Source of the DNA: a virus
Taxonomy: Duplodnaviria; Caudoviricetes
Strand: one strand, 5' to 3'
Length of the DNA stretch: 25,708 nt
Virus record (IMG/VR): IMGVR_UViG_3300029319_000443
Coordinates: 1-25,708 of that record
Shown here: one piece after another, positions 1 to 9,592 of the stretch
Position numbering within the stretch: position 1 is the first letter of the stretch
Layout: each line of letters begins with the position of its first letter
Notes under the pieces: model-generated
Database searches by the model: none
What the model saw: the letters and a program-made list of their open reading frames with translations, nothing else
Told to the model about the DNA's origin: nothing
Program-made: the position numbers and the translations under genes

Positions 1-376
1 AATATATCAAGTCTCCCTCTTTTGGCCTTGTAGAGAGTTTGACATTAGATTCATTTTTCATTAGGGGAGATATGTATGTCTCAAACCTTTCTTTCGATAT
101 GATTAACGTTACTTCATTAGTTGCTTGTATACCAAACTTTGATAGCGTTGAAGGCATATCATCGTAACCATCAAAGTTATCAATATATGCTTCTAACGGA
201 TATGCATCATCAAATTTTGATTGAGTTACCTCTCTTAATATAGTGCTTTCACTTACAAACTTTCGTGGCATGTAATGTATTTCCACACCATACATCTTCA
301 ACTGTTCGTTAATCAAAGATTGAACAAGACTTTGTTCACCAGAAGAGCCTTGTTGAAAAAACGGGTTTAATGCCAT
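1..376 (-). CDS. gp14: T4-like neck protein gp14, 5' part (runs off the left edge)
   Basis: Not in the ORF track. Manual translation from ATG at 376 gives MALNPFFQQGSSGEQSLVQSLINEQLKMYGVEIHYMPRKFV...FDDAYPLEAYIDNFDGY...LSKFGIQATNEVTLIISKERF...RPKEGDLIY, open to the edge. The EQ..MYG..Y.PR, SKFG and RP.EGDLIY motifs are typical of gp14, and the ATG lies 4 nt after the gp13 stop. Confidence 0.93.
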   Translation of the reverse strand, partial: MALNPFFQQGSSGEQSLVQSLINEQLKMYGVEIHYMPRKFVSESTILREVTQSKFDDAYPLEAYIDNFDGYDDMPSTLSKFGIQATNEVTLIISKERFETYISPLMKNESNVKLSTRPKEGDLIY

Positions 377-380
377 GATA

Positions 381-1229
381 TTAACCTATGAAATCAAGAG
401 GTGGTATCTCGTAAGTGTTAGACATTTGTTCTCTAATGATTGTTAAATCATTCATCGCATCATCATAAATTTGTCTACCATTTAGCTCAACCCCACCAGG
501 CAGTTTAACCCCTTGGAATTTAATTAAATTCTGACCCCACTGTTTTTTGAGAAGGGCAGTAAAATATCTTTTCAAGAATGAATCATTATATACCTTTGCA
601 TAATCATTTGGATTTAAAGTTCTGAATACATCAAAAACAAGAAACTCATCTGCACTTACACTTGACCAATCAATATCTAGATATAATCTATTTTGTCTTT
701 TATTAAATCTAATTTGTTTTTGTGTAGTTAGTAAAAAATTAATATCCTCAAGATATGTTTTTGTCATTGCATATGTCAACAACTCAGTTGACCCATAGAA
801 ATAAACATCATTCAAAAACAACTGATACTTCAAACTGAACATACCACTTGACATTCTATTAGATCCATCAAAATGAAATACCTTACTTACTCCTATAATA
901 TCATCTGGTAACTGTAAGTAATTTGCAGTTTCGGTAAAACTAAATGTAGTTGTTCCACCATCAATTGTAGCAGTTGCAGTGGTTGTTGTGATTCCTATAT
1001 TGTCTGTTTGGCCGTCTCTTGATCTTCCTCTTGTTATATCATCTTCTGTTAATTTATATTTTAAAAATGATGGATATACACCATCAAAATGTCTTTCTTG
1101 AAAATACTGAATAGCATCATCTAGTAGATCCTCAACTTGCTCATCTGCAACGTTGATTTCTAATACTGGTGCACCTAATTGCCTTTTAGCATAGGTGATT
1201 AATTCTGATCTAGTGGATGGTTGGGCCAT
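381..1229 (-). CDS. gp13: T4-like neck protein gp13 (head completion/adaptor)
   Basis: 282 aa. N-terminal R.EL..Y..RQLGAPVLEINV..EQ..D..DDAIQYF.E.HFDG and C-terminal KQWGQNL.KF.GV.LPGG..LNG..IY are gp13 signatures. It lies directly upstream of gp14. Confidence 0.95.
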   Translation of the reverse strand: MAQPSTRSELITYAKRQLGAPVLEINVADEQVEDLLDDAIQYFQERHFDGVYPSFLKYKLTEDDITRGRSRDGQTDNIGITTTTATATIDGGTTTFSFTETANYLQLPDDIIGVSKVFHFDGSNRMSSGMFSLKYQLFLNDVYFYGSTELLTYAMTKTYLEDINFLLTTQKQIRFNKRQNRLYLDIDWSSVSADEFLVFDVFRTLNPNDYAKVYNDSFLKRYFTALLKKQWGQNLIKFQGVKLPGGVELNGRQIYDDAMNDLTIIREQMSNTYEIPPLDFIG

Positions 1230-1238
1230 TTATACTAT

Positions 1239-1243
1239 ACCTC
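1239..1243 (-). promoter_or_regulatory. Shine-Dalgarno site for gp13
   Basis: The minus strand reads GAGGT 9 nt upstream of the ATG at 1229. Confidence 0.6.
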
Positions 1244-1249
1244 TATCCA

Positions 1250-1257
1250 TATTTATA
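1250..1257 (-). promoter_or_regulatory. T4-type late promoter (gp55 sigma), TATAAATA, upstream of gp13-gp14
   Basis: Plus-strand tatttata at 1250-1257 reads TATAAATA on the minus strand, an exact match to the T4 late consensus. It is 20 nt upstream of the gp13 ATG and includes the TAA stop of the 130-aa gene. Confidence 0.85.
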
Positions 1258-1645
1258 GTGCGGAGATTGACGATATGCCAGGTTGAACAAGAATGTTACC
1301 ATCGACCAATCTATAAAATGTATTTCCAGAACTAACGATGACATCATATACATATCGGCCTTCCTCTATAAGTTTAGTCTGAGTTCCACCAAGTGATATG
1401 CGAATTTTACCATCAGCAGCACTTGTAAATCCAACAGCAAAAGTTGCTGCAGGAAAAGCAGTTGATCCTATTGAAACACTTTTAGTCATCTGAGATGATC
1501 CAGAATATCCTTCAAGATTAAATGCTGTATTTGATGTTCCTACAACCTCAAAGTTACCCTCAAAATTAGCACCACCAAGCATGGCGAAATTCGCTGCATA
1601 AGCAACTCCAGCCTCTGGATCGAAAGTAATTTTTTTAGTTGCCAT
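1253..1645 (-). CDS. Small beta-rich putative virion structural protein
   Basis: 130 aa with an AAGGAG RBS at 1653-1658. The G.I..SL....T..I..GRYVYDV.V........R.V.G...V.PG pattern is typical of small Ig-like/BppU-like proteins near the neck genes of cyanomyoviruses. It overlaps the upstream gene by 11 nt. Confidence 0.8.
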   Translation of the reverse strand: MATKKITFDPEAGVAYAANFAMLGGANFEGNFEVVGTSNTAFNLEGYSGSSQMTKSVSIGSTAFPAATFAVGFTSAADGKIRISLGGTQTKLIEEGRYVYDVIVSSGNTFYRLVDGNILVQPGISSISAL

Positions 1646-1862
1646 TTACTAACTCCTTCAGTAAAGATTTAATTTCACTTAATTCACTTTTTAAATTAGC
1701 AATATCTTCCTCAACATTTAAAGATTTCTCTTTTTCACGTTTACGTTGTTCACGACGATTAATGTATTGTTGATACGCACTTGCATTAGTGTTAATTATT
1801 TGATCAGTATTTGGATCTCTAACTAAATCACTATTGCCTTCGACTGGGATAAAATTTGACAT
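1635..1862 (-). CDS. Small hypothetical protein with a C-terminal coiled coil
   Basis: 75 aa. Its start overlaps the upstream stop (TAATG, 1860-1864). The N-terminus has a V.G...L.RD..T..IIN.N...Y..Y pattern familiar from T4-like marine phages, and the C-terminus has heptads VEEDIANLKSELSEIKSLLKEL. Confidence 0.85.
   Translation of the reverse strand: MSNFIPVEGNSDLVRDPNTDQIINTNASAYQQYINRREQRKREKEKSLNVEEDIANLKSELSEIKSLLKELVNGN
1653..1658 (-). promoter_or_regulatory. Shine-Dalgarno site for the 130-aa gene
   Basis: The minus strand reads AAGGAG 7 nt upstream of the ATG at 1645, inside the 75-aa gene. Confidence 0.65.
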
Positions 1863-4800
1863 TATGCTAAAGTAATCACCCTTAAATCAGAAACTCTAGG
1901 AACATAAGTTTGATTTGTTGATGTTAAAACAAATTTTACTCTATAGTATTTGAATGGTGGAAGATCCTCCATATTGAATTCATACTCTCTAAATGTCAAT
2001 TCACTACTCTTAAATCCTGCTGCATCTGATGCGGGTATAAACCTATCCTGTCTACCATCACTTTCAGCATTATCAATTACCTGACCTTGATCATTCAAGT
2101 TTTTATAGCCTGGGAATGGTTCAAATATTGGATCAAAATTAGGTGTAGCACTGATTGCATAGAATGCTCTTATATCTGAGTATTCATTAATATGTGCATC
2201 AATTAATATCTTGATTGATGATGCAGAATTTGCTAAAGAATTTTCTCTAGAAACATATTGACAAGCATTAGGATCATCAAATAATGTATTAACTCTAGGA
2301 TCAGTTTTATAGTTTGCAATAGGAGAATTAACTCTATTAGAAATTAAAATCGCACTCATTCTTTGTAAATCCACAACAGGAGATAGATTTGGATTCTCTG
2401 TTTCTAATGTTAATGTCATATTCAATGATCTATCACCAGGAGAATTTTGAGTAACTGTATTACTAGTTTCATTAATCCTAGATGCTATCATTCTAGTAGA
2501 ATTCAAATAATTAGACTTATTCAAAGTTACACTTTCACTTCCCTTATCTAAGAATGGAACATCAGTTCCTTGACCCATACCATTACCTATACTCGCTGCA
2601 GATATAGTTTTCAAAGCAGCTGTTAATGAAGTACCAGGAACAGTTATGTTTGCAATATTTGGCGAAATAATTTGGAAAGGAATATTTTGTGTTGCATGAG
2701 TATAATATCCACCAGTTGATTTAGTATCATTAAAGTATAATTTAGGATTACTTGCAGCACTTGAACCACTTGATCTATCAGGAGCAGTAAATGGTAATCC
2801 AGTTTGTGCAGCAGTTAAAGCTCCATTATTAATCTTAACAGTGTAACTATCAAACGTAATTGGAGCAGGATCTGTATCAGTAACTTCACTTAATAAATGA
2901 GTTCTGTTAATTCTTGCTAAAGATACACCACCTAATTCATACTTACGAACAGCAGTTCCTTTAATATATCCTTTTGCATTGTTTCCTCTTGTTATACCTG
3001 TGATTGATCCACCAGAAGCACCAGTATATTTGATTACTTCATCTCCTATCTGTAATAGACCAGGATTTGTTGCTCCAACAGAAACATTCTCATATGTTGT
3101 AAAGTTATCTGTGCTAACAACGGATATTGTTGAAGTGGAACTTGATCCATATGGTAATGATAATTTAGTTGGAGGAACATCAGATTCAACATCAGAAATA
3201 GTTACTCTATTCTGCTCATGATGCATACCATGATTTCTATGATCAACAGTGAAATGTAATCCATCACTCACATTTGTAATTTTTTCTAATGTAGTAATTC
3301 TAGCATTAGTTGAAGAAGCACCAACTGTTGTGTTCAGAGATGTTGTTAAACCAGTAATAGGATGTGTGTAAGTTAATCTTCCATTTAAGGCAAAATCTCC
3401 TTGAACATTATCAACTATTAATTCATCCGTTCTACCAATAGAAACAATCGAAAGTCTTGCGTTTCTACCAACATTATTATTTCCAATTGTTGATATACCA
3501 AGAACATCACCTTGTTGGAATCCACTACCAGATGATCTAATTGTTGCTATAGCTACAACACCATCAGTAACTCTTATGTCTGCTGTCATAAAGTCGCCAC
3601 CAGCAGTTATATTAGTAAGACCAACTCCCACAAAATCAAATGTTCCAGAGGCAGGTGTGTATCCTAAACCAGCATTGATAATGCCCATAGTACCCGTTCC
3701 AATACCAGCACTACCAACAAAATCACCAGAGGCATTTGATGCAGCACTATAATCACTGTCTCCATCACTAAATGATAATTGATTGATAGTATTACCTAAA
3801 GTAAGAACGGTGTCTCCCAATGACTGACCAATACCCAACCTAACTTTTTTAGAATTAATATTAATTGAATTTGGTTGTAGTTTTGCAACCTGATTGTTAC
3901 CTTCGGATAAGATGGGGTTGTATATCTCCATCGTTCCACTAGTTTGGAATACTGCTTTATTAAGTTTAAATTTCAAATCCTCCCACTGACTTGGTTCCCA
4001 AGTGGATGCGTTTTGTGATTTAAATAGTGATCCCAAATATGGTTGCTGTGAAATAAATTCATCAGTCAATAAATCAGACTCACCTATTCTTGAGATGAAT
4101 ACTTTATATTTCGTTGACCATGATGCTAAAGCTATTGAATATTCTTGATTATCTCCTTCAAGGTATACTGGTGATTCAAATGTAAATCTGGTTGCAATAG
4201 TTCCATTTTGCGATACATTAATTTGATCTGGAGATAAAATTATCTCAGAGAACGGTAAGACCTTTTGCGTCGGCATTCCCCCTTCCATCGTTCTGATTTG
4301 GAATGTTACGGGAATATCCATATCATCCTTAGTTTGGAAGTAAATATCGCAACTAGTAAGGAATATACCACCACTATCTGTGACTTGGAAAGATTGTGCT
4401 AATGGATCATACCAACGATCTCTTCTACTTTCAGTATCAGCTGAGCTGATAGCCTCAGTTTTCATAACTGTAGAACCTGTTAATGTTCTAGTTGTTCTTT
4501 CATCTGCAGTTGGTTTAGTTTGAATAATAGCATTTCGAGTAGAAATAATATTTTCCTGAACTGTTTCTAAAGTTCCAGAAGCAGTATAATTATCTTCACC
4601 AAAGGTGTCAGTCTTATCTTGATCGTTAGTAGTGTTGTCAATAACAGTAAATGTTTTTGTTCCTGTTTCAAATTTTGGATGATTACCTGTATTTGGATTT
4701 GGAATATAGAAACTACCAATTAAGTTAGCTCCAAGATCAGATATAAATCTTCTTTGTGTAATAGTTGCAGTAGCACCACTAGTAGAACCTCTAAGTTCCA

Positions 4801-7800
4801 TATTGAGAGCACTGTATCCAAAGAAATCTCCTTGTGCTTGATCACTCATTGATTTTGTATCAATATTTAAAATAGTAGATGTAGTGGAATATGTTGCTGG
4901 CATATCTGTAGCACCACCACTAGCAGATGCAAGTTGAACAGTACCTGGTGTTCCTAAGAATGTTTCAAGACCAGTTGCACCAACTTGAGAAATATATGGA
5001 TTTTTAGCAAAAACCTCTGTTGGAGCATTATATGGCCCTGCTCTATGATTTGCTTGTGCAACTCTAAATCTAAGGGCAGGAACATCTGTTCCTTCTGCAG
5101 GTATACCAGATCCTGGCATTGTTCCAATAACTGTTTCTCCAACTTGGAAAGTTCCTGAAGTCATTGTAATTTCAGTCAACTTAGGAGTAGAATATTTGTG
5201 TACTTTAACACCATCAAAGAAAGGATATAATTCTGTTAATGGTTTACATTTAGTTACTCTAAATTCTATATTTCTAGAACGCATTGTCATAAGAACATCA
5301 CGACTTACAACTCTATCACCTAGAGACTCATTATCAAATTGTTCTGTTACAACTTTTCTAGTTCCAGTTCTACTCTGGTGATCAACTCTAAATGTGTCAC
5401 GAATAGTATCTTCAAGAGTTGTTGTGGTTGTTGTTGTAACATCTTGTGAGTGGTTAACACCTCTACCACCATTAATCCAACCTGCTTTAATAATCTCTTC
5501 TTCAGTTACTGTAGTTGATTCTGTTCTTTGAATTTTACGTTCTGAAAAATCTTGGCCACTCCAATTTGTTTCCCATGCATTCCACTGTATTGGAGCCATT
5601 CCAGTCTGCATATCAACTCCAAACTCTTGCATGGCTTGTGCCATAACACCAGCAAAATTACCCTCTTGCTGAACTATCTTTGCATCGAGTCTTGCAGTAT
5701 CTGTCCAAGTATCTGTTGATGGTGATAATTTAACTGTTGCTTGCCAAAAACTAACTAAGAATGGTGTAACACTTTCTGTTCTTGTAGCAAATTGTTGACT
5801 TAACCACTCAGTTTCAGTATATGCAAGAGTAACAACATCTGATGTTTTTGCTATATTTGTTCCTTCAGCAGCAAGGAAAGCACGATCAGTTCCTGCATCA
5901 ACACCCTCAACAGGGCCTGGCATAAGATCTATAGATGTACAATAATGTTGTGGTCTTAATTCATTACGAGTGGTATCTAAACTACATTTTACTTTGAATC
6001 CTCGTGTCTCTTGTGGTTTAAGACTTGTAAAATTATCAACAAAGAAACCAGATTTAAACTTATTCAATCCATCAGCATCAGGAACAAATAAATTTGATGT
6101 CGTAGTTTCAAGCATTGATAAAGATGTATAATATTCAAGATTTTTGATTCTATCTTCAAGATTTTTAATATCTTGCATTCTATATCTCTTATATTTTAAG
6201 AAATCAATACTTGCTTGTTTAGGTGAGAATAAGTATGGAGGTAAAACAACACTTGCTATTTCTATCGCATCATCTACTCCAGTTGGTCTTTCTTTTTTCT
6301 CTGATGGATCCCCATATTGAATTTGGAATCTTCCAGTCTTATCTAAGAAAATTCTATCAATTCTTCCAACAAAATGAGAATAATCAACTGTAATTGTTTC
6401 ATCTGATGCTAATATATTTGCAGCAGAACTTCCAGATGCTGTAAATACTCTACCTTTAAATTCAAAAGGAGATCTTACGTTTTCAGCAACACTATAACTA
6501 GAAACTTTTGGTCTTATATCAATAGTATCAGTTACATATTCACCATTAATCATTGGAATTTCTTTACTAAAATTCCAATTATCATAAGAATTTTTTACTG
6601 TAATATCACCTTCATCGGTTGATTCATAATAACCATTTTTAAAATATATTTTTAGTTGCTTTTTAGGTGCTTTTGCATTTGATCTTCTAGTAATAAAACC
6701 ATAGTCATAGAAGGTGCTTCTTTGACCATTGGTAAATGTATAATTTGCTGAAATATTTCGACTAGGATTATCTAAAGTTGTAATTAAACCTTGAACAGTT
6801 GTTTCTTTAAACACTACAACTTCACCCTCTTCAAATGCAGTTTCGTTAAGAGTAATATATGTTATTTGTGAATCTGTCAAAGACTCAGCAACAATCGCTA
6901 CAGCACCACTATTCTGACCTCTAAATTGCTCACCAATAACTAAATCAGTTGTTTTTCCTGATGGGCCATTTAACGATGTTAATGTCATCTTAGGTGCAGA
7001 TGCCTCTGAAGTATCAGTAGATTCAAAAATACCATGAATACCAATAATATCTGCTTCGTTTAATGCTATTTTGTTATCTTGAACTCTAGTTCCAATAGGG
7101 AAGTTTCCATATGTTAAACCATCATTTAAGGTTGTTGCACCAATACCAGATGCAGCGTCTTTTGAGTAATTAACTACAGTAGCATTTACACGATTTAATC
7201 TTTTTATTTTTGCAGATGGCTTAGATTTTGTGAGAGTTGCTATTAATGTGCATCCAGTTGTTGCTGCTCCCAAACCTTCTATTTGTAATACTGTATTACC
7301 TGTAGTAAAGGTAAACATATCATCTCTTAATGCAACAGTTGTTCCATCAGATCTCATGAATACATATCTTTCTTCATCAAATGGTAAGAAAGATTCGTTA
7401 GTATCTGCAGCTAATGCAGAAGTAAGTTGACCTAATCCTGTATTTGGATTAAGTGCTACATCAACGGTATATTCTTTTCTAATTGTTAATGACGAGTTTG
7501 TAAGATCAACATCTGAAATAAATGTTTTTGGCATTAATGCATATAACTTACTATCAGTAGATCTTTCTAACGGTGATGTTTGAAGTTTTAAACTAGAAAC
7601 TTGTGTAGATGATGTTGGAATAGCACCACTTGCAACACCAGTAACTGTAGAAACACCAGTAACTTTAACAGCATTTGTACTAACTTCTGTTATTCTTGCA
7701 AATGATGGAACGTTATTACCCAATCCACCAAACGATAATATATTACCAACTTTTAATGTACCAGGAAATAGTGAACTTTCACTGGTAACTGTGCATATGC

Positions 7801-9586
7801 CTGTTGCATCATCTATTTCAGTAAATTGAGCATTACCAAAATCAATGACTGGTCTTTGTATCACATCACCATTAAATGTTTTTGCTGCACCAACGACACC
7901 TGGCCCAATAGATGCTGAAGGGCCTCCATATACTGATTTTACATCTTGCATACCAAAAGATGTGATGGCAGTTGCAACACGATTATTGGATATACCATTT
8001 ATTTCAAATGGTTCGTTAGTTATAAATTCTCCAGATTTTTCATAAACAACCAAAGATGTGCTATTAGAAACTGCAGAAACTAAAAATCCTGTAGCACCAC
8101 TATACTTTCCTTTTATTTGAGTTGGTATTGTCAGTGTAACTGGTTGATTTAAAGTTAATTTAGAGTATAATTGAATATCATAAAGTGAAGTATCCCACTC
8201 ATTTAATGCGGAGTTGGATGTAGTATATGAACCAGACTCTAAAGCAAAATCATAAACCCTAGCAACACCAATTTCTTCACCATTAGCACTTATCTGTGAA
8301 GATCCTTGTCTTTGATCCCTTAAACTAACAATATAAGTATTTCCAATTCCAATCGTCGGAGCACCATATACATTATTCATTCTTAATGAATTTCCTGTTT
8401 TATATGCAACACCCTGACTTTCTAATGTTTTTGATGTTCTTGGTTTTGGAGCATCGATATATGTTGAACTGATTGTTTCAACTTCATAACCTTTGATAAA
8501 TGCTTTACCTGGTGATACTTGATAAAGTGCAAGATCATCTGATGCTAATGTTCCACCTTGTGTAAACTGACCTTCATCATAGATTCCACCATTTCCAATT
8601 CCATCATTTAAAGAGTCTTTCATAGAAACACTAAAACTCTTAACCATATAATCGCCAGATTCTGCAAAAGTTCTACGAGCTAATTCATCTCTAATGAAAC
8701 CGTATTCTGTATTTTTTACCTGAGATCTTAGAACACCATCTTGTATAACTGCCAATTCAATAAAATTAGAGTCATTAAAATCATCTAATGGTTTAGCAAA
8801 TAAACTACAAGATATCTTTAAACGATCAGCACCTGGTGCAGCATAATTATTAAATCCTTTTGAGTTGTCTGCTAATGTTTCATCTTCGTCAGCATTGATT
8901 ATATCTTCTTCTATTCTTAAACCAATTCTAGCACTAGGAGTGTTACCATATTGTGATAATAAAATTGTTTCATCTTGAACTTGAACAAAATTACCTCTAA
9001 TAAAGTAAACACCATTGGATATTGAAAAGGATGCAGCAGTTGATGTTGCATTATTTGCAATACATGATGCAAACGTTTCTCCTGAAGGTATAAATGCATT
9101 ATTCTGAGGCCCAGAAGTAATATCACTATCTGCTATTAACAGTTCTCCATCAGCAAAAACTTTAATGTTGCTATCTTCTACACCAGAAGACATGTATGAA
9201 ATATAGAGTGTTAAATTACCATTCTCACTATTCTCAGACTTGAGAATCTGTTTAATTATCGCAGTTACACCAGTTGTAGCACCAATTATTTTTCTATCAA
9301 TTAATTGATCAATATAATATTCTACAGGAACTCCTAAATGACTATTATTTAATTCTACAGCAAAATACTCAGAAGAATACGCAGTGTTACCTGGTATTAC
9401 TTTTGCACCCTCTTTAAAAAAATGTTGACCAAATTTTTCAATTTGATTTTGTAATATAGACTGAAGACCCGATAATTCTCTTGCTTGTACAGGATAGCCA
9501 GGCTTGAAAAGAACCTTATGATAATTATCATTCGGATCGAAATCATCAAAATATGGTGAAACGTTAAGGTTGGTTTGCTGAGCCAT
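1862..9586 (-). CDS. Large VrlC-like / DUF4815-type virion structural protein (probably baseplate-associated)
   Basis: 2574-aa uninterrupted ORF. N-terminal NLNVSPYFDDF....NYHKVLFKPG.PVQAREL..LQSILQNQ and internal ELARRT..ESGDY, RY.M.DI..LE.RI.NLEYYTSLS.LE, FKSGFFVDNF and DPLAQSF motifs match the family found after gp8 in cyanomyoviruses. The function is inferred. Confidence 0.85.
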   Translation of the reverse strand: MAQQTNLNVSPYFDDFDPNDNYHKVLFKPGYPVQARELSGLQSILQNQIEKFGQHFFKEGAKVIPGNTAYSSEYFAVELNNSHLGVPVEYYIDQLIDRKIIGATTGVTAIIKQILKSENSENGNLTLYISYMSSGVEDSNIKVFADGELLIADSDITSGPQNNAFIPSGETFASCIANNATSTAASFSISNGVYFIRGNFVQVQDETILLSQYGNTPSARIGLRIEEDIINADEDETLADNSKGFNNYAAPGADRLKISCSLFAKPLDDFNDSNFIELAVIQDGVLRSQVKNTEYGFIRDELARRTFAESGDYMVKSFSVSMKDSLNDGIGNGGIYDEGQFTQGGTLASDDLALYQVSPGKAFIKGYEVETISSTYIDAPKPRTSKTLESQGVAYKTGNSLRMNNVYGAPTIGIGNTYIVSLRDQRQGSSQISANGEEIGVARVYDFALESGSYTTSNSALNEWDTSLYDIQLYSKLTLNQPVTLTIPTQIKGKYSGATGFLVSAVSNSTSLVVYEKSGEFITNEPFEINGISNNRVATAITSFGMQDVKSVYGGPSASIGPGVVGAAKTFNGDVIQRPVIDFGNAQFTEIDDATGICTVTSESSLFPGTLKVGNILSFGGLGNNVPSFARITEVSTNAVKVTGVSTVTGVASGAIPTSSTQVSSLKLQTSPLERSTDSKLYALMPKTFISDVDLTNSSLTIRKEYTVDVALNPNTGLGQLTSALAADTNESFLPFDEERYVFMRSDGTTVALRDDMFTFTTGNTVLQIEGLGAATTGCTLIATLTKSKPSAKIKRLNRVNATVVNYSKDAASGIGATTLNDGLTYGNFPIGTRVQDNKIALNEADIIGIHGIFESTDTSEASAPKMTLTSLNGPSGKTTDLVIGEQFRGQNSGAVAIVAESLTDSQITYITLNETAFEEGEVVVFKETTVQGLITTLDNPSRNISANYTFTNGQRSTFYDYGFITRRSNAKAPKKQLKIYFKNGYYESTDEGDITVKNSYDNWNFSKEIPMINGEYVTDTIDIRPKVSSYSVAENVRSPFEFKGRVFTASGSSAANILASDETITVDYSHFVGRIDRIFLDKTGRFQIQYGDPSEKKERPTGVDDAIEIASVVLPPYLFSPKQASIDFLKYKRYRMQDIKNLEDRIKNLEYYTSLSMLETTTSNLFVPDADGLNKFKSGFFVDNFTSLKPQETRGFKVKCSLDTTRNELRPQHYCTSIDLMPGPVEGVDAGTDRAFLAAEGTNIAKTSDVVTLAYTETEWLSQQFATRTESVTPFLVSFWQATVKLSPSTDTWTDTARLDAKIVQQEGNFAGVMAQAMQEFGVDMQTGMAPIQWNAWETNWSGQDFSERKIQRTESTTVTEEEIIKAGWINGGRGVNHSQDVTTTTTTTLEDTIRDTFRVDHQSRTGTRKVVTEQFDNESLGDRVVSRDVLMTMRSRNIEFRVTKCKPLTELYPFFDGVKVHKYSTPKLTEITMTSGTFQVGETVIGTMPGSGIPAEGTDVPALRFRVAQANHRAGPYNAPTEVFAKNPYISQVGATGLETFLGTPGTVQLASASGGATDMPATYSTTSTILNIDTKSMSDQAQGDFFGYSALNMELRGSTSGATATITQRRFISDLGANLIGSFYIPNPNTGNHPKFETGTKTFTVIDNTTNDQDKTDTFGEDNYTASGTLETVQENIISTRNAIIQTKPTADERTTRTLTGSTVMKTEAISSADTESRRDRWYDPLAQSFQVTDSGGIFLTSCDIYFQTKDDMDIPVTFQIRTMEGGMPTQKVLPFSEIILSPDQINVSQNGTIATRFTFESPVYLEGDNQEYSIALASWSTKYKVFISRIGESDLLTDEFISQQPYLGSLFKSQNASTWEPSQWEDLKFKLNKAVFQTSGTMEIYNPILSEGNNQVAKLQPNSININSKKVRLGIGQSLGDTVLTLGNTINQLSFSDGDSDYSAASNASGDFVGSAGIGTGTMGIINAGLGYTPASGTFDFVGVGLTNITAGGDFMTADIRVTDGVVAIATIRSSGSGFQQGDVLGISTIGNNNVGRNARLSIVSIGRTDELIVDNVQGDFALNGRLTYTHPITGLTTSLNTTVGASSTNARITTLEKITNVSDGLHFTVDHRNHGMHHEQNRVTISDVESDVPPTKLSLPYGSSSTSTISVVSTDNFTTYENVSVGATNPGLLQIGDEVIKYTGASGGSITGITRGNNAKGYIKGTAVRKYELGGVSLARINRTHLLSEVTDTDPAPITFDSYTVKINNGALTAAQTGLPFTAPDRSSGSSAASNPKLYFNDTKSTGGYYTHATQNIPFQIISPNIANITVPGTSLTAALKTISAASIGNGMGQGTDVPFLDKGSESVTLNKSNYLNSTRMIASRINETSNTVTQNSPGDRSLNMTLTLETENPNLSPVVDLQRMSAILISNRVNSPIANYKTDPRVNTLFDDPNACQYVSRENSLANSASSIKILIDAHINEYSDIRAFYAISATPNFDPIFEPFPGYKNLNDQGQVIDNAESDGRQDRFIPASDAAGFKSSELTFREYEFNMEDLPPFKYYRVKFVLTSTNQTYVPRVSDLRVITLA

Positions 9587-9592
9587 AGTTAA

